In this document: one piece after another, positions 57,705-64,000 of the stretch | Numbering within the stretch: position 1 is the stretch's first letter | How the letters are laid out: each line of letters opens with the position of its first letter | Assembly: GCA_017560165.1 (NCBI GenBank) | Contig: JAFYOM010000014.1 | Coordinates: 74,071 to 138,070 of the forward strand | Direction: 5' to 3' | Origin: Parabacteroides sp. | Lineage (GTDB): Bacteria; Bacteroidota; Bacteroidia; Bacteroidales; Tannerellaceae | DNA: 64,000 bases | Made by a program: the position numbers and the translations under genes | The notes under the pieces: generated by a model | Databases searched by the model: none | Told to the model about the DNA's origin: nothing | What the model saw: the letters and a program-made list of their open reading frames with translations, nothing else

Positions 57705-59129
57705 ATGGGAGATGATGATATGGATAATATTATTGTAACAAATAAAACTCTTATAAGTGTATTGGAAGCAACATATGATGTTACAAATCGATTATCTTCG
57801 GACAAACCACCAAAAATTGATCGATTCGGAAATATTTGGGATATTAGTAAAACCATTGGTGTTTGTACCATCTATGCTTATCCAGGTTCGACATTTGGGT
57901 GTTACTCAATAAAAATAAGTTGGAATCGTAATACTGACGAAATATCCATAGGGATATATTCCAAAGATAATAAATTAATCACAATAAATCGAAACGGTAT
58001 CGCTCTTGATATTAATTTATTGAATCATACAGATTTCGCGGTTATTTGTGCTTTTCAAAAATTGTATAACACATTGAAATTCGGTGTGTTTACAAATATC
58101 TATAGAAAAATTTATAGAAAAGAGGAAATGAAAGTGAATAATGACAAAGAAAAGAAAGAATCCAAAATCATATCTCAATTTGAGTTGTATGATATTATGT
58201 ATGAATACATGAAGCCAACCATCAAGAAATATGTAGACGAAGGCGGTCGCTGGACTAATAGCTCTAATGCAGGTGCATTCTATTGGTTTTGTAGTGATGC
58301 TTCGTCGCATGCGGGTGCGTGTATCGGCGCACGCTTTGAAAATGGGTGTTGGAAAATTTGGACAAATTCAAAAGATAATGTGAATATAACGATGGATGAC
58401 AACACCACCATTTGCTTTAACGCAAAATCTAAATTTGATGATTTCCCAGAAGAATTTATGCGGAGATTATATGATAAATTGAAGGATCGTTTCTTTAATC
58501 ATATCGAAAGATTATGTGACGAAATAGAAAAAGCAGCATCAGATCCAACTGGATGGGAACCCGTTGAATTGGTTAACTTGAAAAATCTTCATCCAACTTA
58601 CTGTTATAATCAATATGGAAAACTCGAACCTGTCATAGATCCTCTCATGTTTGTCAAGACCAATACTTTTAAACCAATAACAGAAAATGATGAAAAAGAA
58701 ATCGAATCTACCAATCTTCTTCCAATAAAGAAAGTATTCTTCAATAAGACAAAGAAGACCACAACTGTTGTATTCAAAGATACAAATAAGAATGATAAAG
58801 TTGTTGTGTCTAAGACATCTCCTCGAGATAAGTATGATCCAGAGATGGGTCTTGCAATGTGTATTGCAAAGGAATATTTCGGAAACAGAAATAAACTTGC
58901 AAAGTTTGTTGAAGAATGGTTGAAAGAAAATGAACCAAAGAACAAACAAATTGCAAGAAATGAAAGACGTAAGAAACTTGCAAAGAATAAGAAAGAAAAA
59001 GAGAAAGTTGAAAATGCTGTAATAGATAAAGAAACTAAATCTGCATCAACAAATAATAAAACAAAATCAAAAACAAAACGTTTTTGTGACGAATGCAACT
59101 GTCCAAATAACGAAGAAGAAAATAAATAA
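57705..59129 (+). CDS. hypothetical protein carrying an internal TR-derived segment (DGR target 3 or ectopic insertion)
   Basis: 474 aa; residues 180-211 GGRWTNSSNAGAFYWFCSDASSHAGACIGARF; C-terminal phage domain TTVVFKD..DKYDPEMGLAMCIAK. Confidence 0.75.
   Translation: MGDDDMDNIIVTNKTLISVLEATYDVTNRLSSDKPPKIDRFGNIWDISKTIGVCTIYAYPGSTFGCYSIKISWNRNTDEISIGIYSKDNKLITINRNGIALDINLLNHTDFAVICAFQKLYNTLKFGVFTNIYRKIYRKEEMKVNNDKEKKESKIISQFELYDIMYEYMKPTIKKYVDEGGRWTNSSNAGAFYWFCSDASSHAGACIGARFENGCWKIWTNSKDNVNITMDDNTTICFNAKSKFDDFPEEFMRRLYDKLKDRFFNHIERLCDEIEKAASDPTGWEPVELVNLKNLHPTYCYNQYGKLEPVIDPLMFVKTNTFKPITENDEKEIESTNLLPIKKVFFNKTKKTTTVVFKDTNKNDKVVVSKTSPRDKYDPEMGLAMCIAKEYFGNRNKLAKFVEEWLKENEPKNKQIARNERRKKLAKNKKEKEKVENAVIDKETKSASTNNKTKSKTKRFCDECNCPNNEEENK
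58242..58337 (+). repeat. DGR variable repeat VR3 (mid-gene)
   Basis: 96-nt ungapped match to TR 12797-12892 with 18 mismatches, all at TR adenines. Confidence 0.9.
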
Positions 59130-59159
59130 TTCTTTATCATACTAATACAATATAATACA

Positions 59160-59735
59160 TCAATAGGCGGTGACTGTCACTACCTTTGATATAGTTCACT
59201 AAACGTAACAGATGATGGATATCGTTCTCTGTCGTATGGTACCACGGGATGACCACCTGCAGACACCTATGATGGGGTTGGTCAATGATTGAAATCTGAA
59301 GTGCATCATTATATCCACACTCCGGTTGGGGAGATCCTTAAAACAAAACACGTCATGACGTGGGAGCTTAGCGGCTCACCTCTGTTGAGAGGGCTTGAGT
59401 TGGATGGGTAGGTTCGATCCCGAAATGGGTATAATGAGCGTTGTGAATGAACTCTGGGAATTGTACAATACCAGAGCTTATAAAATACTGGGGTGTATGC
59501 GAAGTCAAATCTTCTGTATTCCCGATGGGGATGAAATTCCTCCGAAATAGCTGAATGGACTGCCGGTAAAATGTGCTAACTGGATTACAAGTATAAGTTC
59601 TTCCAGAGCCAAGGATTGAACCTCCGCCGGCAGACCTCTGATATTTCACCCGCATATGTTTAACGGTCGTTTTACGGGCAGTTTAAAAGATGACATAATA
59701 AGTTCATCCCTCTGGCATATGCGGGTTTGAAATAT
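59160..59735 (+). ncRNA. putative structured ncRNA(s) upstream of tRNA-Leu
   Basis: GC-enriched, no credible ORF; stems CTGCCGG/CCGGCAG (59560-66/59627-33) and CCCGCATATG/CATATGCGGG (59649-58/59716-25). Confidence 0.5.
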
Positions 59736-59745
59736 ATTTAAATAT

Positions 59746-59832
59746 ACCTGAGTATCCGAATTGGTTTAGGAGCTTGACTCAAAATCAAGTGTCGAAAGAC
59801 AACTGTGGGTTCGAGTCCCACCTCAGGTACCA
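59746..59832 (+). tRNA. tRNA-Leu(CAA)
   Basis: Acceptor ACCTGAG/CTCAGGT, anticodon arm CTTGA-CTCAAAA-TCAAG, long variable arm, GTTCGAG, encoded CCA. Confidence 0.93.
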
Positions 59833-59834
59833 AA

Positions 59835-60337
59835 GAGAAATCATTAACATGCCAAACATGGTGGGTAATAAACGCCCGGGAATGAGACGTTCTCGGTTAA
59901 TGTTTCTCAGAGTTTGAACATCCGTGAGGACTCGGGGTTGTCTTGAAATGATATATAGCTTCCCTGGATTAGGGGTTACTGGTCGTGATCGGGTATGGGA
60001 ATCAACTAACCCAGTATGACGGCGATGATCTTGGTCCAAGATGGTGGCCACATCGTTAGTAGCGAATCATAGTTCAAACTCATGTTTCTTGATCGGAGGC
60101 GGTGCTCAGTGCATGTACGTTAAACCGTCGACGTTATGAAAGGAAGTTTGGGAAGACTTCATGACAAAGGGGTTCGTCACCCGTATATACGTGAATATCA
60201 AGAAACAGTATGCTTATTGCTGATGCAGATGTGGCCAGATTGTTTGTGTCACCGTTTTAAATGAAAACTTCCTACGTAGTTCAAGTAAGAGACCATCCTT
60301 CGGGTTATGTGGCTCATGTAAGAACACCATCAGCAAA
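59835..60337 (+). ncRNA. putative large, multi-domain pseudoknotted ncRNA
   Basis: Four consecutive domains closed by 9-13 bp helices, plus two 9-10 bp cross-domain complementarities. Confidence 0.65.
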
Positions 60338-60343
60338 GTATAT

Positions 60344-60417
60344 TTCCATGTAGTCAAGTGGCAAGACAATGGGTTTTGGCCCCATGATCGCAGGTTCGAC
60401 CCCTGCCATGGAAACCA
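60344..60417 (+). tRNA. tRNA-Gln(UUG)
   Basis: TTCCATG/CATGGAA, ATGGG-TTTTGGC-CCCAT, GGTTCGAC, CCA. Confidence 0.92.
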
Positions 60418-60459
60418 TAGGGTAGTGTGGGCTTTAACTCACACTACTCCAACCAATAT

Positions 60460-60536
60460 AGCACATTAGCTCAGATGGCAAGAGCGTCTGGTTCATACCC
60501 AGAAGGTCGTCAGTTCAAATCTGACATGTGCTACCA
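60460..60536 (+). tRNA. tRNA-Met(CAU) (elongator Met or Ile2)
   Basis: AGCACAT/ATGTGCT, TCTGG-TTCATAC-CCAGA, GTTCAAA, CCA. Confidence 0.9.
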
Positions 60537-60538
60537 AT

Positions 60539-60613
60539 GGCCCTATAGTCAAGTGGTCAAGACACCTCCCTTTCACGGAGGCGACCTGAGTTCAACTCTC
60601 AGTAGGGTCACCA
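60539..60613 (+). tRNA. tRNA-Glu(UUC)
   Basis: GGCCCTA/TAGGGTC, CCTCC-CTTTCAC-GGAGG, GTTCAAC, CCA. Confidence 0.92.
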
Positions 60614-60787
60614 GGGCTTCAGACCCATAAGCCCATAAAGGTCATCGTCATGATGATCACAACATCCTTTCACATGATGGGTGGTATGTATAATATTATA
60701 CATTCCACCTATGGAAGATTACAAGGTCATACCTTGTTCATATAGAATATCTCCAAAAGTAACTTATACGGATATGTGTGTGATTTA

Positions 60788-60848
60788 CGGGGGCAAATGC
60801 CCCCACCTTATTTTTTCTTCTTTTCATATGTATATTATTATATTGATA
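60788..60848 (+). promoter_or_regulatory. terminator plus TATATTAT promoter cassette (copy of 6283-6341)
   Basis: GGGGGCA-AA-TGCCCCC, T run, TATATTAT; 38 nt identical to 6297-6334. Confidence 0.65.
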
Positions 60849-60893
60849 TCAACAACAATAAATTTTTAATGATATCAGAAAGGATGTATTAAA

Positions 60894-62159
60894 ATGAAAA
60901 CTGAGAAATCAAAAACAAAAAAGTTCAAAACCTTTTTAAACAACATCAACTATGATGAGAGAAAGATGACAGTTGATGTTGATGGTATCAGCGTCATTCT
61001 TGATTGGGATGATGAGAATAATGAATCATCGTATCTTGATCACGATTATCATACGTTGACAGGAGAATGGTTGATTATGATTAATCAAACCGATAGGCCA
61101 TCCAATCAGTTAATGTTCGACTTCTATCATGAAGTCGGACACATAATGCTGGAGATTGGAGAAATCTCCACGGAACCATTCGTAAAATGGTACAAAGACA
61201 GATTCTTCTATAATGAAAATAGTATAGAAGAAATTGCTGTTGAAGCTACTTGTGACGAGTATGCTTTTCTAAAGATGGATTGCCCTCGTAATATTGAAGG
61301 TCTCCTTCCATTATTATCCGCAATAACTGTGGCGAAAAAATACCCCGACAAAGATATTGATGAAATAAAAGAATATTGTTCTTCTGTTAATGATATTCTT
61401 AAAGACAGAAGGAAGTACTTGCATAAAATTGCAAGTGAAAACACACCTACATCATCACCAGTGTTTGTTCGATCAAATAGGCCACCAAAATTTTCATCAA
61501 ATGTAGTTAAAAGGAAAAAGTTCCTTGAATACTGCAAAGCAATGGGATATGGATCGAAAACCCCAGATCATGTGAAAACCGATTTGCATCATGCTATGGA
61601 TAAATTGTATATTGTTTATGATTTATCCGAGACTTTTGTGGAATTATGCGAAAAGTTGATTTCCGCATTAACAGATAAAAACGACATGTTTAGTATTCCA
61701 AAATATCAATATGTCGTAACAACAGAAGAACCGGATAATTGGAATGAAGAGTATCACACTTATTATTGCAATACAAACGGCAAATATGCCAAAATAAGAA
61801 AACTCCCCGAAGCTCCGAAGTGGGTGTCGGATACATTCTGGAGAAAGATTAATGTTGATCCCAATGCCGTGATATCTGGTTACAGAATCAAATTCGAGAA
61901 ACTTAGAAAATTTCTCGAAGAAAAATACAAAGCATGGAAATGGGAGGTTCATGCAGATCAGAGAAACATACTCCAGAAAACCATTGAACATTTTGCTTTG
62001 GATTGTGTTTTGTCGCACGGTGAACTTTCTAAAGTCCGTGTTGAAGAATATATCCTTTCTCTTAAAGGTTGCGGATACAACACAACTCTCAAAAAGACAA
62101 CAGGAGAACTGTTATCATATAATGAGAGAAAGGCGTTAGAAAAGCAGAATAAAATATAA
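60894..62159 (+). CDS. putative zinc metallopeptidase domain protein
   Basis: FYHEVGH (HExxH) with downstream EATCDEYA, an ImmA/IrrE-like pattern. Confidence 0.6.
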   Translation: MKTEKSKTKKFKTFLNNINYDERKMTVDVDGISVILDWDDENNESSYLDHDYHTLTGEWLIMINQTDRPSNQLMFDFYHEVGHIMLEIGEISTEPFVKWYKDRFFYNENSIEEIAVEATCDEYAFLKMDCPRNIEGLLPLLSAITVAKKYPDKDIDEIKEYCSSVNDILKDRRKYLHKIASENTPTSSPVFVRSNRPPKFSSNVVKRKKFLEYCKAMGYGSKTPDHVKTDLHHAMDKLYIVYDLSETFVELCEKLISALTDKNDMFSIPKYQYVVTTEEPDNWNEEYHTYYCNTNGKYAKIRKLPEAPKWVSDTFWRKINVDPNAVISGYRIKFEKLRKFLEEKYKAWKWEVHADQRNILQKTIEHFALDCVLSHGELSKVRVEEYILSLKGCGYNTTLKKTTGELLSYNERKALEKQNKI

Positions 62160-62174
62160 CAGCATAGAAATGTA

Positions 62175-63065
62175 ATGGGTGATATTGAACACCCATTACA
62201 TTTTATAATATTAAAATCCAGGAGGTATAAACAAATGAAAAATTTAATCAAGAAATGTGATGATTTAATCAGGTTCAAAGCACATGCTTTCGAGTGTGGT
62301 GATAATTACACGCTCGAAATCAACGGTGAGAAATATCCCGTTGCACTCGAATATTGTGGTCCTGTTGGAAAGTATGATGGTAATCATATGCCCATATATG
62401 AATCACGTATGATACACTTCACAAGGGTGCTGATCAATGAGAGTGGCGTTATTCGTCAGGGTAGAATATACCCAGGCCAGGAAATTTGTGGGGAAAAATA
62501 TGTTCCGGGTGTCAATATCAATATTAGTATTCCTGTTGAACACTTTGTGGATGGTAAAGTTAAAATATATCATGGTGATGAACTCATCAATCCTAATGAT
62601 GTCATCATATCCAGTGAAAATTGGATGATTGACGCATCTAAGATTAATCTCGGATCAATATGGAATCTTACCATCGATGGCGATCCCAGATTCCAGAATA
62701 CAATGATCATGATCATTCGAGCATATGGATCATGTATTGAATTTGCATACCAGACAAGGGTAGTGTATTCTCCCGAGTATTCACACATTGAAGCTGCAGA
62801 AGGCAGATTGATGTTTGATTATCGGTATATGCATAAGGACGGAACTACCAACATTAATGATTATGTTGATAAGATTCATCTCACGCTCGTGAAGGATAAC
62901 ACCAACAACGGTGCTGATATGGATAGATCTAATGATGATATTGTCTATCCTCGTTCATACGGTGTAGGTAGTTATCGTGAAGATTATCCGCCAGTAGAAT
63001 TCCGTAAACGCATGAAACGTAATCCCGATGAGGATGAGGATTATGATCCATACGATGAAGTGTGA
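62175..63065 (+). CDS. hypothetical protein
   Basis: Likely start ATG 62235 after AGGAGGT. Confidence 0.7.
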   Translation: MGDIEHPLHFIILKSRRYKQMKNLIKKCDDLIRFKAHAFECGDNYTLEINGEKYPVALEYCGPVGKYDGNHMPIYESRMIHFTRVLINESGVIRQGRIYPGQEICGEKYVPGVNINISIPVEHFVDGKVKIYHGDELINPNDVIISSENWMIDASKINLGSIWNLTIDGDPRFQNTMIMIIRAYGSCIEFAYQTRVVYSPEYSHIEAAEGRLMFDYRYMHKDGTTNINDYVDKIHLTLVKDNTNNGADMDRSNDDIVYPRSYGVGSYREDYPPVEFRKRMKRNPDEDEDYDPYDEV

Positions 63066-63151
63066 ATCCAATATTAGCAACAGATGTATTAATTAATAAT
63101 GGGGCCTTAGTGGCCCCATATATTTTATTTTTGTGAAAGGAGAAATGTTTC

Positions 63152-63487
63152 ATGAAAAATGCAAGAATGTTTGAGAATGCGAGCTTTCATACTCTGACAA
63201 AGAGTGAGGAAAAGCTCATAGAAAAGGTAATTGATAAAATAATATCAAATCATGAAAATGATGAATGGTGGGTAATCGATACTGCTATTAAATCCCGGGT
63301 ATCTTTTATGTTATCATGTCATCTACAAGACGATTCCTTCTCGGAGAGTCTTGCAGAAGAACAAGCACGTTTATTAGAAGAAGAAAATGAAAGAAAACGC
63401 ATCGAAGAAGAAGATCGTAAAATAGAAGAACAAGCAGAAAAAGAATCAGATAAAATAATAAATGATATTTTATCTGAAATAGAATAA
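63152..63487 (+). CDS. hypothetical coiled-coil protein
   Basis: 111 aa, GAAAGGAG RBS. Confidence 0.65.
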   Translation: MKNARMFENASFHTLTKSEEKLIEKVIDKIISNHENDEWWVIDTAIKSRVSFMLSCHLQDDSFSESLAEEQARLLEEENERKRIEEEDRKIEEQAEKESDKIINDILSEIE

Positions 63488-63507
63488 ACAATACAGGAGG
63501 GTGTATT

Positions 63508-64000
63508 ATGTTTTGGCAATCCGTACATGATAAATTAAAAGGTGAATTTGAAACAATATATCTTCAGGCGTTCATCATCGATGCAATAATGGTCAGGACT
63601 GAAGATTGGCTTTATGAACACAATTTCAAGAATGATTATGATCCGCGTATGAAAGACGGTTATAGATGCAGGTTCAATATTGGATCTGACACTTATAATT
63701 GGTCAATAAATATGTGGAACAAGACCGTATTGCATAACCCGGGTGTTGAAATATCAATTGATGAAATTGGCATGTTCGATCCAAATAAACCACATTCACG
63801 ACCGATATTGAGATATTTATTCGGTTTTCCCAATTTAAAAGAAAGCTCAGCTGCTACACTGTATGTTGATGATCCTGTCTTCAAAGAGTATAAAGAAATC
63901 ATTGATAAGGTTTTCGAAGAGGAGAAATGTATCGATGAATTGTTTAAGGTTCGAACCAATCCCGGTCAGCCTACACAATCAACATATGTCGTTGATGATT
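63508..64000 (+). CDS. hypothetical protein, 5' part (runs off window)
   Basis: AGGAGGG RBS, ATG 63508, frame appears open to the window end. Confidence 0.6.
   Translation, partial: MFWQSVHDKLKGEFETIYLQAFIIDAIMVRTEDWLYEHNFKNDYDPRMKDGYRCRFNIGSDTYNWSINMWNKTVLHNPGVEISIDEIGMFDPNKPHSRPILRYLFGFPNLKESSAATLYVDDPVFKEYKEIIDKVFEEEKCIDELFKVRTNPGQPTQSTYVVDD

Noticed and set aside
59400-59430. Extra tRNA around GGTTCGATCCC
   Set aside because: No cloverleaf, acceptor stem or CCA could be built.
59368-60051. Minus-strand ORFs 59368-59655 and 59785-60051
   Set aside because: No RBS; antisense to tRNA-Leu and the structured RNA.
59160-60340. tmRNA or RNase P RNA
   Set aside because: No GGGG..ACCA tRNA-like domain with tag ORF and no GAGGAAAGTCC signature could be found by eye.
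1-64000. Stop-codon reassignment
   Set aside because: Long genes are intact and tightly packed under the standard code; no suppressor tRNA was seen.

Overview
AT-rich, densely coding segment of a jumbo phage of the phiKZ/AR9 type (standard code, strong AGGAGG/GAAAGGA RBSs, probably an anaerobic Firmicutes host). It encodes multisubunit RNA polymerase subunits (beta-like 34816-39144; beta'-like with NADFDGD 50251-51633), a family-B DNA polymerase catalytic subunit, ThyX, a Thg1-like protein, TnpB, a stand-alone NrdD-type glycyl-radical domain, minus-strand virion/tail genes, four tRNAs and about 1.2 kb of highly structured non-coding sequence. The main system is a diversity-generating retroelement (DGR): template repeat (TR) 12758-12888, RT 13029-14105, and no recognisable avd. 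One TR matches three variable repeats with adenine-specific mismatches. VR1 (14200-14330) ends the convergent 1722-aa LRR/C-type-lectin fibre. VR2 (6154-6254) ends a divergent lectin-fold paralog about 6.5 kb away. VR3 (58242-58337) lies in-frame in the middle of an apparently non-lectin protein 45 kb away. Other highlights are a probable large pseudoknotted ncRNA among the tRNAs, a degenerate RNAP beta'-like barrel fused to DUF4406, and a repeated terminator-promoter-RBS cassette. All alignments were done by eye and no database searches were run.
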